A stretch of 64,000 nucleotides of DNA from Octopus vulgaris (GCA_951406725.2 OX597818.1:132928001-132992000), one strand, 5' to 3'. Shown: positions 1 to 13,035, counted from the stretch's first letter. Program-made: numbers and translations. The notes: generated by a model from the sequence alone, not told the origin.

Positions 1-371
1 CATCACACAGTGTGATCTTTACAGTTTGTTTGACTTCCAAAATTTCTTTTTAAATTGTACAGCAAGACTCTACGAATTTGATCTCCTATCTATCATTTCA
101 CTATTTCAGTTAAGTTGCTACTAACTATTCTTTTAGAAAACTGTAAATAAACTAATAAATAAATAAAATACAATAAAACATTCCATTTGGTAGTTATAGT
201 TGCAGGTATGGTTTTTGCGATTAAGAAATTTGCTTTGCAGCCATGTTGTTTTAGATTTGGTCCAACCGTATAACGATTTAGGTGACATGGGTCGACCAAT
301 GCCTCATGAGAGAGTTTCGTAGCTAGTAACTGTGGGAGAGTTTATGTATGGCAATACGTTTCTACTACGAA

Positions 372-763
372 GGCGGCGAGATGGCAGAATCGTTAGGACA
401 CCAGGCGAAATGCTCAACAGTATTTCGTCTGCCTCTGAGTTCAAATTCCGCCGAGGTCGACTTTGCCTTTCATCCTTCCGGGGTCGATTAAATAAGTACC
501 AATCACGCACTGTGGTCGATATAATCGACTTAATCCGTTTGTCTGTCCTCTCTGTGTTTAGTCCCTTGTGAGTAGTAAAGAAATAGGTATTTCATCTGTC
601 TTAACGTTCTGAATTCAAATTCCGCCGAGGTCGACTTTGCCTTTCATCCTTTTGGAGTCGATGAATTAAGTACCAGTTTATGCACTGGGGTCGATCTAAT
701 CGACTTAATCCCTTTGTCTGTCCTTGTTTGTCCCCTCTGTTTAGCCCCTTGTGGGCAATAAAA
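372..763 (+). mobile_element. SINE family B (tRNA-like head, GCCTTTCATCCTTTCGGGGTCGAT central domain), tandem dimer
   Basis: GGCGGCGAG..GGCAGAA head, GAGTTCAAATTCC B-box, body and tail repeated twice; many copies elsewhere in the window. Confidence 0.85.
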
Positions 764-1497
764 AAATTTTTTAATACGTTTCTAGAGCGCGTCAATGTCC
801 GCTGTTTACCGGGATGTTTCCTACAGACATTCTGAACAGTCCCATCTGCTTCAAACTTATCTCTAATTCGAGTGATGGTAACTGGCGAAGGTCGACCTGT
901 TTGAAACTCCCTCCTAAATTGTTTTTGCACTTCGACTGAACTTTCAAAGTTGCAATAACACTTTATGATAAATTTTCTTTGTTCAAAGCTTAGTCAAGCT
1001 CCCTTTATTATTTCTTTATTGCCCACCAGGGGCTAAACATAGAGGGAACAAACAAGGACAGACAAAGGTATTAATTCGATTACATCGACCCAGTGCGTAA
1101 CTGGTACTTATTTAATCGACCCCAAGAGGATGAAAGGCAAAGTCGACCTCGGCGGAATTTGAACTTAGAACATAATGGCAGACGAAATACCTATTTCTTT
1201 ACTACCCACAAGGGGCTAAACACAGAGAGGACAAACAAGGACAGACAAACGGATTAAGTCGATTATATCGACCCTAGTGCGTAACTGGTACTTATTTAAT
1301 CGACCCCGAAAGGATGAAAGGCAAAGTCGACCTCGGCGGAATTTGAACTCAGAACGTAGCGGCAGACGAAATACTGCTAAGCATTTCGCCCGGCGTGCTT
1401 ACGTTTCTAATGTGTTGAATAAAAGAAGAAATGAAAATATAGAAATAAAGTGAGTTATCAGTTGTTAAAGTGGGTATACTTTTTTAAGACATCATGT
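764..1497 (-). mobile_element. Tc1/mariner transposon 5' remnant (N-terminal HTH, DUF4817-like), interrupted by a SINE
   Basis: Minus strand about 764-1005 reads LSFEQRKFIIKCYCNFESSVEVQKQFRREFQTGRPSPVTITRIRDKFEADGTV; degenerate TIR-like TACATGATGTCTTAAAAAAGTATAC at about 1475-1499. Confidence 0.7.
1013..1409 (-). mobile_element. SINE family B tandem dimer
   Basis: Reverse-complement homologue of 372-763. Confidence 0.85.
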
Positions 1498-1552
1498 ATA
1501 CACACGCACACACATAAATAAATGAATATGTATACATACATATACACGCACA

Positions 1553-1632
<80 letters not shown>
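1496..1632. repeat. (AC)n/(AT)n compound microsatellite
   Basis: Seen directly. Confidence 0.95.
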
Positions 1633-1634
<2 letters not shown>

Positions 1635-3402
1635 AAAGTAAAAAAATATACAAACTGGGACAAGAACGTGAAACATTTAGAAGACGACACAAAAAACACG
1701 GACGGGACATTCGAAGCCCTCAATCATCAGTCAAGAACCGGATCGTCTTCGCAATTTCGGCTATATATATACAAAGTGTGCGCTACTTTGTGTTTGTCTC
1801 TTACCCCTTGACAACCGGTGGCGGTTTGTTTATGTCCCCATCGCTTAGAAGTTCTGCAAGAAAAAAAATTTTTAAGACTGGTCGTACCAGACTTTAATAA
1901 ATGATATATAATGGGGTCGTTTGATCGACTAAATCCTTCAAGATGATGCCTCAACATGCCTGCAGTCCAATGACTAAAACAAGTAACGAATAAAAGAATG
2001 AATACGGACAGCAATTGAGAATCTTCCGTTGTTATATTTTTCACGATGTACTCTTAATGTCTGATTGTTATGCTTTGTTTAAATATAAACATGTAGTACT
2101 TTTGATTTATTATAGTTGAAATGTTTTTGAAAGACGCGGTGATTTGTAGAATGAAACAGTTAGGGATCAAACAATTAGCTGTTATACCATTGTTGTATAT
2201 GCTTCTAGCAATTGCAATGGTAGACAATAGTTGCAGCAGTGGACAGAGATCTGCTTAGAGTAAAATTTATATGTAGATGTGGTGGTATTAGTGTGAGAAC
2301 AATGCACATCTTCCATGGCTAGTTAATAAGTTGGTTTGAAATTATAAGACATAGCTTTATCTAAGTGTTGTGAATTTGAAGGCTTAAGAAGTCTTGTATT
2401 ACTTTAAATGCATATCTGAGTATTTATGAGAAGGTATTTTAATAGGCAGGCTGAACCTGTCTTTGTTTATTATGGAAGGCTAACATCTAAGCGGATTTCA
2501 ACGCATTACCATTATGCTGACTAGAAGCACTGGTGACATAAACTGCAAGTTGGTCAACTATGGTAATGCTGGTTGCAATCAAACTAATTGAGATAATGTA
2601 GAAACTGTGGAAGTAATTATAAGAACGACACTTATAAATTCTGCCATCATAGTAGAAGCATCTGGCAATTTATGAGCGCATTATGTTCCTGTTAACCCAT
2701 AAATCAAAGTTTTGTAAATCAATAGAGATTATCCTGTTTAGTTCTGTAATACTGTCGAAGATATTTCTAAATCCCATAATTCACTGAAAGATATTATACA
2801 CTAATGGTGACAGACGGTAACTATAATTGTATAATAAAATATTGTGAACACCAGTTTCCATATTTTTTAATAATTTTTTTTAAAGAATATAATGTTTATG
2901 TTCTTAATACCAATAAAACTAGTAAATATATAGTTTATTTCATTCTTAATTTAAAGCTGTTGCTTTTTTGAAGAATTTCGATCGAAATTATTTAACTTAA
3001 CTCTGCCATTGTCTAACTTTGTTTTTGTCTTTCATATTACTGATGTCTGCATAGCAGCCATTTAGTGCTATGAGTTAATAGGAATTTTGAAACAGAATTG
3101 CATTGGGAATTTTAGACTAAGAATATGAGTGGTTAGAAGAATAGAATCTCATAGTTATATATACAAACAGCAGCTTAAGATTTAAATAACATTCACAAAA
3201 TATAAAAGAATTTTAACAACTCACGTAAAGCTTTTCTTAACAGATATTCGATTCCCCTTTGCTGTTTAGGATTTTTACTGCAGTAATCGAGATATTGTCA
3301 TGGAGATTTTTTTGCGTAAATATGTGATTTTTCCTAATAATAAATGTTCACTTCAATACTTGATTGATTAGTACAAGCTGTGCTAAAATCAAAGAATGAT
3401 GT

Positions 3403-3813
3403 TACTCTTTTACTCTTTTACTTGTTTCAGTCATTTAACTGCGGCCATGCTGGAGCACCGCCTTTAGTCGAGCAAATCGACCCCGGGACTTATTCTTTGG
3501 AAGCCCAGTACTTATTCTATCGGTCTCTTTTGCCGAACCGCTAAGTGACGGGGACGTAAACACACCAGCATCGGTTGTCAAGCAATGCTAGGGGGACAAA
3601 CACAGACACACAAACACACACATGCATACATATATATATATATATACATATATATGACAGGCTTCTTTCAGTTTCCGTCTACCAAATCCACTCACAAGGC
3701 ATTGGTCGGCCCGGGGCTATAGCAGAAGACACTTGCCCAAGATGCCACACAGTGGGACTGAACCCGGAACCATGTGGTTGGTTAGCAAGCTACTTACCAC
3801 ACAGCCACTCCTG
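3403..3813 (-). mobile_element. SINE family A (tRNA head, CORE-like CTTGGGCAAGT, internal (TA)n(TG)n, stem-loop plus (TAAAAGAG)n tail)
   Basis: Near-identical to more than 10 other copies in the window; A-box TGGCTGTGTGG, B-box GGTTCAGTCCC. Confidence 0.9.
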
Positions 3814-4049
3814 TTGTAGATATTTAGTCTCAAACATATACCGGCCGACATTTAACTTTTAAGATCAATAGATTTTTGTTCCTTATTTATTGACTTGTAT
3901 CCCATAAAGTCACCATATTTAACTATTCATTTACTGAATGTAGCCTAAAGGAAAATGAAAATATCACATCTTAAAGTTAGATTTGATATTCGGAATCTGA
4001 AAGTAATAAAGATTTGTTTTTTTATCAACATAAAATCGCCATGTTGGTG

Positions 4050-5574
4050 GGAAAAGTGTTACGTGAAAGAAAAAATGAAGGGCTACTGTCCCTCCTGATG
4101 CTGTTGAAAATCGGATGGTTCGACCTGCGTATCTGGTTGGTTCCTAAAGAAATCCTTTTAAAAATCTACTGGAGACTTTTACATTAGTGTTTCCTACGTC
4201 ATGAGGGTAGCACTCCCTAATGTTTTTTAAAGTCTTTAATGACATGCGCTTGTGAAACTTTTAAACATGCTTGTGCCCAAAATCAACTATTTTTCAATAT
4301 CCTCACTTCGTGTTATGAGGGCCATTAATTTTTCATTTGTCCTCACTAGTGCGAAGTTGGGTAGCGATTTGCTGTGTTTTCTTTTTGTGGTTAGCTGTGG
4401 TTGTAGTATCGTTGTGATGTCTGTGTTGATGATTATGTATTAATGGAGTTGGGGTTGTTATAGGTGTATCAATATTTGTTGTGGGTGTGCTCTATGAGGC
4501 TTTTGGTATGTGCATTGGGATGAGACGAGGCTTTTTGTGTGCTTACGTTTCCTTCTTGTTTTTCTGTCTTTTTTGCGGGGTGGTTTTCCCCTATGTCTTC
4601 ACTTCAAGATAAGGAAATACCAGCGTCTGCAGAATCTCTGTCAGATATGGCTGAGAATGTATTTGAGGGAGTGAAAGTGTCAATGTGTGTGTGTATGTGC
4701 GCGCGCACACGTATGTGTGTGTTTGAAAGAAGAGGAGAGGGGAGAGAAGAAAAAAGGGAGATGTGGAAAGAGGGAGAGGAAGAAAGGGGGTAAGCTTGTG
4801 TGAGAGATCACCGGATGGGTTTGCGGATCCTCTTTTTGTTGTTTTTTTTTAGGCTGTTGTTGGTGGTGATGGTGGCTCTGATGGTGCTGTTGTTGTCTCA
4901 GCTGCTTTTGTTTTTGTCGTAGCTGTTGGTTTTGGTCTTTTCACAGTTGATGAAGTAGTAGTTGGTGTTGTTGATGTTGGTATTTCTGCTGTTGATACTG
5001 TTGTTGTTGATGTTGCTATTGGGATTGGTGCCACTGTTGTTACTGTGGATGTTGCGGCCCTGATGATGACTCCTGATTACTTTTCTCACTGGGTTCGCGT
5101 CACTTCCATCCAGGCCCATGCAGGCCAGGATCCTTGATATGTTCACCTCTGGTAGGATCCAGGAAATTCTGACTCTTGCCGTCCTCTGTCTAGATAGGGT
5201 AGGTAGAGAACATATTTGTTTTTTCAACAGGGGACCACAAAATTTTAGACAGCCAGGGCTTCACTCTTAAAGTATTGAAATCCCCACAAAATACCTGGTC
5301 CTTGCTATGTATTGTATGTCGGACATTATGTCCTTCAGTGTTCTTTTCTATGTCGATGTGAACTGCTCGTTCCGCCCGTTTCGTATTTGTAGACTTAGAT
5401 TTGTAAATTACTGTCCTTTTTGGCAATGCTCTTGTTAGTATTGTCGTTACATTTTGTTGTCATTCTTCCCCGCTTTTCTTGTTTCTGTAATAGTGATGGT
5501 AGTGTTGACATTTTTAGCAGCGGGAAATTAGTTACATACTTTTAACATGCTGTATTGTTGTTGCTGTTGCTATT

Positions 5575-5633
<59 letters not shown>

Positions 5634-5900
5634 TGTTGTTGTTGTTGTTGCAGTTGCAGCTGCTACCGTCACCACTGATGTTTACAGTTTAGATCTTTTT
5701 TTTCCACGGACGAGGAATGTTCGTCCATCACTTTTCCTTTTTAACAAAAATCGAGAGGTACGTTTGCTAAACACACCACCTTAAGAGCTGCAGATAGAAA
5801 AAAACTTATCAGCTCCTTAAGGCCCTGGTCAGTTCACTATATAATTTTGTGTCACAATAGAAATAACAACAAACTAACAGGAGAGCTGTGAAAAGCATGT
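4050..5900 (-). mobile_element. Putative decayed non-LTR retroelement 5'/ORF1-like region
   Basis: Broken minus-strand ORFs (5190-5426, 4898-5227, 4849-5034) with Thr/Lys/Gln low-complexity linkers; no RT motif seen. Confidence 0.35.
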
Positions 5901-5947
5901 CAACAAATGAACAAACAAAATAACAATAAAAATAATGATAATGATAA

Positions 5948-6161
5948 TTTCAAATTTTGGCACAAGGACTGCAAGTTTGGGGAAAGGGAGTAAGTCGATT
6001 ACATTGAACCTTCCTTCCCCAGTGCTCAGCTGGTACTTATTTTATCGACCCCCAAAAAGATGAAAAGGCAAAATCAACCACGACGGAATTTGAACTCGGA
6101 AGTTGAAGACAGACGAAATGCCACGAAGCATTTTCCCCGACGTGTGAACGATTCTGCCAGC
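5948..6161 (-). mobile_element. SINE family B variant (TGTGCCAAAATTTGAAA-(ATT)n tail)
   Basis: Same head and central domain as 372-763, different tail. Confidence 0.8.
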
Positions 6162-6170
6162 AATAATAAT

Positions 6171-6256
<86 letters not shown>

Positions 6257-6271
6257 TGATGATGATAATTT

Positions 6272-6484
6272 TTTTTCGCCTTTTGGCACAAGGCCAGCAA
6301 TTGTAAGGGAAGGGGACAAAACGATTACATCCACCCCAGTATTTCCCTGGTACTTTATTTTATCGACACTGAGCAGGAGGAAAGGCAAAGTTGATCCTAG
6401 CAGCATTTGAACTTACAACGTAAAGCCAGAAATGCTGCTGAGCATTCTGCCCAGTGTGCTAACGATTCTGCCAGCTCACGGCCT
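6272..6484 (-). mobile_element. SINE family B variant, diverged
   Basis: Tandem neighbour of the 5948 copy, separated by (AAC)n(AAT)n. Confidence 0.75.
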
Positions 6485-6527
6485 CAATAACAATGAAGAT
6501 GATGATAATGATACTGATGACGACGAC

Positions 6528-6569
<42 letters not shown>

Positions 6570-6972
6570 AAAGAATCAGTAGTGGTGTATAGCAAAGACA
6601 CTGAAATTAAGTTTGGTTTATATTAATGTGTAACTTAAACCAGGAATAAGGGGAGGAGATCCCATTTTAATGGAATGATCTTATCAGATTACTACATTAA
6701 AATGGGATCTCTTTTTAACTTGATGACGATGGATACAAATATTTAGGTATTCTGTTACTAAATACTTAAGCAAGTGAAAGTAAAAGTGAAACATAATAGA
6801 TTTTGAAGCTATTAAAACTTGTTTTAAAGTCCAGACATAATTCAAACAATTTGATAGATGTTTGCAACACATAAGTGGTTAGCAGCTTGTGTTATGATAC
6901 AGGAAAACTGAAGAAGATGAAAGATGAAATAAATGCAATCATGAGAAAAATTACGAAAAAAATTAATATATA

Positions 6973-7360
6973 GGCGCAGGAGTGGCTGTGTGGTAAGTAG
7001 ATTGTTTACCAGCCACATGGTTCCGGGTTCAGTCCCACTGCGTGGCATCATGGGCAAGTGTCTTCTGCTATAGCCCCGGGCCGACCAATGCCTTGTGAGT
7101 GGATTTGGTAGACTGAAACTGAAAGAAGCCTGTCTTATATATGTATATATATATGTGTGTGTATATGTTTGTGTGTCTGTGTTTGTCCCCCTAGCATTGC
7201 TTGACAACCGATGCTGGTGTGTTTACGTCCCCGTCACTTAGCGGTTCGGCAAAAGAGACCGATAGAATAAGTACTGGACTTACAAAGAATAAGTCCCGGG
7301 GTCGATTTGCTCGACTAAAGTCAAATGACTGAAACAAGTAAAAGAATAAAAAAGAGTAAA
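6973..7360 (+). mobile_element. SINE family A flanked by a direct repeat of about 198 bp
   Basis: Flanks 6775-6972 and 7361-7558 are near-identical. Confidence 0.9.
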
Positions 7361-7692
7361 TGAAAGTAAAAGTGAAACATGATAGATTTGAAACTATTAA
7401 AACTTGTTTTAAAGTCCAGACATAATTCAAACAATTTGATAGATGTTTGCAACACATAAGTGGTTAGCAGCTTGTGTTATGATACTGGAAAACTGAAGAA
7501 GATGAAAGATAAAATAAATGCAATCATGAGAAAAATTACGAAAAAAACTGAATATATATAAAATGCTTCATCCGAAGGCCAGTGTCAGTTGCTTATATAA
7601 GCAACAAAAGGGTTGGAAGGAGAGGAGCAATAGACGTTTCTGATTGTAAAGATTATGAGCAAAGGTCAGTAAATTACTGTCTTGCTCTAAAT

Positions 7693-8076
7693 GGAAGCAC
7701 TCCGTCGGTTACGACGACGAGGGTTCCGGTTGATCCGAATCAACGGAACAGCCTGCTCGTGAAATTAACGTGTAAGTGGCTGAGCACTCCACAGACACGT
7801 GTACTCTTAACGGAGTTATTGGGGATATTCAGCGTGACACAGAGAGTGACAAGGCCGGCCCTTTGAAATACAGGTACAACAGAAACAGGAAGTAAGAAAG
7901 AGAGAGAGTTGTGGTGAAAGCGTACAGCAGGGATCACCACCATCCCCTGCCGGAGCCTCGTGGAGCTTTAGGTGTTTTCGCTCAATAAACACTCACAACA
8001 CCCGGTCTGGGAATCGAAACCGCGATCCTACGACCGCGAGTCCGCTGCCCTAACCACTGGGCCATTGCACCTCCAC
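7693..8076 (-). mobile_element. SINE family D (tRNA-Arg-like head, tail ending GTAACCGACGGAGTGC), full length
   Basis: A-box TGGCCCAGTGG, B-box GGTTTCGATTCC; TSD TGCTCTAAAT at 7683-7692 and 8077-8086. Confidence 0.9.
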
Positions 8077-9979
8077 TGCTCTAAATACAATTCAAGGAAT
8101 AATGATAGTTATTCCAACACTTCAGTTGAACAAGTGTCATTTTTGTAAATTAGTGAGTGGAAAGTTGTGAGCATATTATTACAGGTTACAAAATATCTCC
8201 AAAAGAACGTAAGTGATAGTGTAATAAGTTTTAACTCAGCTTACACTGAGTTCTTTGTAAAATATATGAATACAACACTTCAATAAGTGATATAATAGTT
8301 TACAAGAGGAAGCTTCAAATGAATCTGGTGAAACCTTTCTATGAGTTTTTTTTGTTTTTTATTGATATCTACACAAAAAGAATAAGTAAATACCGTAGAC
8401 CATATACCATTATACTTCGCATAATAAGAGAATTCAATAATCGATGTTGCAATTCTTGTAAACAAAAACAACAATGTTAACAGAGAAATAGAAAAGATCT
8501 TAGATATGCTGAATTAGAAATATCCAATTAGAATTATCATATATCAGCAACAAAGAGGAAAATCATGCCAATTATCATTGAAGCTTTCAGCTTAATACCA
8601 AAAGCCAAAATAATACCATCTAAAACAGTTGGAGATCAAGACTCATGTGAATAGTCTAAAAGTTAACCCTTTTAAGAAAAGTTTCTATTCTTAAAATAGT
8701 ACTTTCTGTTAAAGGCCTTATTGAGCAATGAAATAATAACAGTATTAATAGTAATAATAATTTCCTTAATCAGTAAGAACAACTAAATAGTTTAATATTT
8801 TGATATATTCTTAGAGCAAAAATATGCATACGAAAATTTTCAAAAGTAATATTTTCTCATTTAGGTCATTCTGACATGTTATCTAAAGCTGAAAGAATTT
8901 AGCAGCTCTCATTTGTCTTAAGAATCATGTTTGAAACCACGTTAAAAGTTGTGAAAGTAACAGCCTTAGCACATGATTTCTATAATAATACATTTACCAT
9001 CACCACCCTACAAAAAATTTTCTAAAAAACTTTTGTTTTGCCTGATAGTGTGTTAAATCAATGCTACCATTTTCCAATTTTAACAGTAAACTGGTATTTT
9101 CATTGAGTTATGTGGAGGTTATTTTGTTTTATTTTTTTTACTAAATTTATGTTGACTTTTATCACAAATCTTTATACTTCAGTTCTTGAACTTCAAATGA
9201 ATAATATAATAAAAAAAAAAATAAAAACTTGTCTTTTATCTTCTATAATTCTCTTGTATTTCATTGAGACCAAAGTTAGTTTTGTTTTATATTTGAAACT
9301 TATTGACATGAAATATTATCCACCAAGTTCAGTTGTAATTACACTTAGTAAACTTTTAAGTTTTGGAAATTCTTTCTTCAAATCAAATGATTCTGTTATA
9401 AAGAAGTCCATGTTGTTTTGAGCTTCAGCTTGAACAGTCTAACAAAAACAAAATCTTACCATGTGTTTGTCACACTAGCATGAGTGAGACAAAACTATTC
9501 AATTGAATGTTTTTTTTATTCTCAGATCTTTTGCCTGCTTCAACACTCAGAATTTAACTACTTTTGGAGAATAAATAACTCAAAAGTTACTTCATCTCAT
9601 TTTCTTCATTTTACCACTTTTATAATTATTAATCGTTTGATTTCTGTTGTTGTTGTTTTCTTTTTACACCAAGTGCCTTCCATCAACCTTATTTCTCCTA
9701 TTGTAGGGGTTAGTTCTTTCTTACTTTACAAATTTATCTCAGTGATTAATTTTAATTTTCAACTTTTTGAAACACAAATATTTACAAGAATTCAAGGAGA
9801 TTTTCACACTTGATATCCATCCATAACAGATGCAGGCATAGCTATAAGGCTAACAAGTTTGCTTTACAACAGCATAGACTGAGGTTCAATTCCACCCTGC
9901 ATCATATTTGGCAAGTGTTTTCTACCATAGATTTAGGTTGACAGTGGAATTTATTGGACACTAAAAGTGCAGAAAGCCA

Positions 9980-10100
9980 TCATAGACCATTGGTATAAAG
10001 AATTATTCAGTTTTCTGGAGTCTTTTCTTTCAAGCCATCTAAATAAGAATCCGTTGTGTTCAGAAATAGTTCTGTCTAGGCATTAACTAGGTTTCTCTTA

Positions 10101-10135
<35 letters not shown>

Positions 10136-10547
10136 CATATATATAGAAGGCATTTCTCTCCATATATATAGTACGTATTTCTGTTATGTTTCCTGATAGA
10201 ATTCACTTGACTCACGTTGTTGCACAATGAACAAGGCTTACCTCTATTGCGGCTGTTTTTCAAGGTACAGTGTGCAGATATTCCAATGTTGGTTTTCTTG
10301 GAGTCAAAAATACTCTCTCTCTCTCTTTTACTCTTTTACTTGTTTCAGTCATTTGACTGCGGCCATGCTGGAGCACTGCCTTTAGTCGAGCAAATCGACC
10401 CCGGGACTTATTCTTTGTAAGCCCAGTACTTATTCTATCGGAATCTTTTGCCGAACCGCTAAGTGACGGGGACGTAAACACACCAGCATCGGTTGTCAAG
10501 CAATGCTAGGGGGACAAACACAGACACACACACATATACACACACAC

Positions 10548-10581
<34 letters not shown>

Positions 10582-12440
10582 ACATATATACGACAGGCTT
10601 CTTTCAGTTTCCGTCTACCAAATCCACTCACAAGGCATTGGTCGGCCCGGGGCTATAGCAGAAGACACTTGCCCAAGATGCCACGCAGTGGGACTGAACC
10701 CGGAACCATGTGGTTGGTTAGCAAGCTACTTACCACACAGCCACTCCTGAGCCTAGAAAGTCAATAATTCTCTTATATTCTTATTCCGTCTAAAGGCTAC
10801 AAGAGGCGGCTGAGGAAATGTCTGTTTGAAATGAGGAAATTTTTCTGCAACATACAAAATTTCACTGCCAGTTAAACACTAAAGGAATTCGGTCACATAT
10901 TATATTGTTTGCTAAAATTATGCATGAAGGTTTGGCTGTCTTTGCTAATCTTAGATATTTCATTTGCTATTTCCTTTAATCGTGATTCACTGTAACCGCG
11001 TTTGACATAGTGGTGTACAAAAGCATTTGCATGTTTCCAGTAACCCCCTATGTCAGTACAAATACGTTTTATCTTCAAAAATTGAGATTTCGTATTTGAC
11101 CAACTGATGTGGATGATCGGAGCAACAGAAGAGGTAAATGTGGGATGACGTGGGCTTGCAAAATAACTCAGTCACGATTCTGCCTCCAGAAAACTTAACT
11201 TTTGTGTCCAAAAATCCAAAACTAGTTTTTGAAAAACTAGCTGTAAATTTTATGTTGGGTTTAAAGCCATAGTTTTTAGCATAGCAGTCACAGAAATGCA
11301 AAGAATCAATTAAACTATCCTGTGATCCTCAAACCAGAGCATTGATTTATGATCATGTCGGGATTTGAATGTCTTCAGGAACTGTGTCTCAAATTTTGCC
11401 ATGAAGACATTAGCATTATTAACTGCCATGGGGGTACCCAGGGCGCAACCCCTCGTCTGCTGGTAAAAGCTTTGTTCAAACTTTATTGCTTTACTGTGTA
11501 ACACAAACCTCAATAACCTCCAGAGAAAATTAGATGGAATACATTTGTTTGACCGCTTTTCGAAGGCATTCATGCTTGCTTTTACCCTTTCATCGTAGAC
11601 AATATTGGGATCTAAGGAAGAGACATTCATGGTTACCAAAAAACAGTTTTCGACATGGCTTTGGTGCTTAAAAAGTTGTTGATTTTAGACACAAAATCAT
11701 AAGTATCCCGAATATAGGAGCTTGATCTTTTTACGACAGAGAGTAGAAAGCCATCTATCCATTCCGAAATCTTGGCTGTACAACATTCATATCCACTGCA
11801 AACTGGGCGCTTTGGAGGGAATCTTTTGAACTTTTTGTGTATTTTAGGGAGGCCATAAAATACAGGTGTTCTTCTTTCTGGCCATAAAATCCTGGATTCT
11901 TTTCCTCCGGTTCCAGAATTATTTTGTCAAGTTCCTCTCTGTAATTTTGCTTCAAACGGCTGCAATTTTGAAAAAGACTTGAAAGTGTATATTCTCAGAA
12001 AATATTCTGAATCTGTTTCACGTTCAATAATCAAAATGCACGAGAAAAAATATGTTTGCGAGTTATTAACATCACGCCCTGGAGGAATGAATAAAATGAC
12101 AGAATATCATCAAATTTACACAAAACTATTTGATCAAATATTATTTTTCCTTTTCTTTTTTCTCCTCTTTTTCCTCTTTTTTCCATCTTTTTTCTGTCTT
12201 TTTCTTTTCGCCAGTTATAAAATTAAAACTTAAAGATTGAGGATGTCATTTCATCAACGTGTGAACGCTGGTTGCTCTCGTTCATACTTTAGATTTGAAT
12301 TTCTAAAATTTTGAATGTTTATCACTTTTTATTTTGAACTTGACAAAGTCAGGCTTGCTGGCAAAATAACGTGTAACCAATAAAATCTCTATTGCAATCG
12401 CATCGATTACCTTTGTGAAGAGTTACTTGAGACCTTTTAA
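9980..12440 (-). mobile_element. Decayed Penelope-like element (RT plus Cys-rich linker, Neptune-type)
   Basis: VTMNVSSLDPNI...FYQQTRGCALGTPMAVNNANVFM; IKFTASFSKTSFGFLDTKV; PPLVAFRRNKNIRELL; C..KNSRNRGKPCSLC resuming after the SINE insertion. Confidence 0.85.
10312..10754 (-). mobile_element. SINE family A inserted in the Penelope-like element
   Basis: Full-length family A sequence. Confidence 0.9.
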
Positions 12441-12469
12441 AATATTATTATTATTATTATTACTTCTTT

Positions 12470-13035
<566 letters not shown>

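Larger units (their letters stand above)
1..2830 (+). pseudogene. Probable decayed cadherin-repeat coding sequence, split by SINE/mariner/microsatellite insertions at about 372-1997
   Basis: Manual translation across stops and frameshifts gives cadherin-like motifs in the expected order: TFHL..GMVFAIKK; D(M)GRPMPHE..LVTVGE..GNTFL (about 280-367); ETVRDQTISCYTIVVYASSNC; LYVDVVVL.ENN; ISEYL*EGILIGRLN; TRSTGDI; IIVEASGN. The family assignment is inference from motif memory. Confidence 0.45.

Noticed and set aside
2400-2830. Alternative readings as a viral glycoprotein or Cys-loop receptor remnant
   Set aside because: Only isolated word matches; the cadherin interpretation explains more motifs in order.
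3575-3862. Recurrent MSSNARGTNTDTQ... ORF family
   Set aside because: Antisense reading of SINE A in every case.
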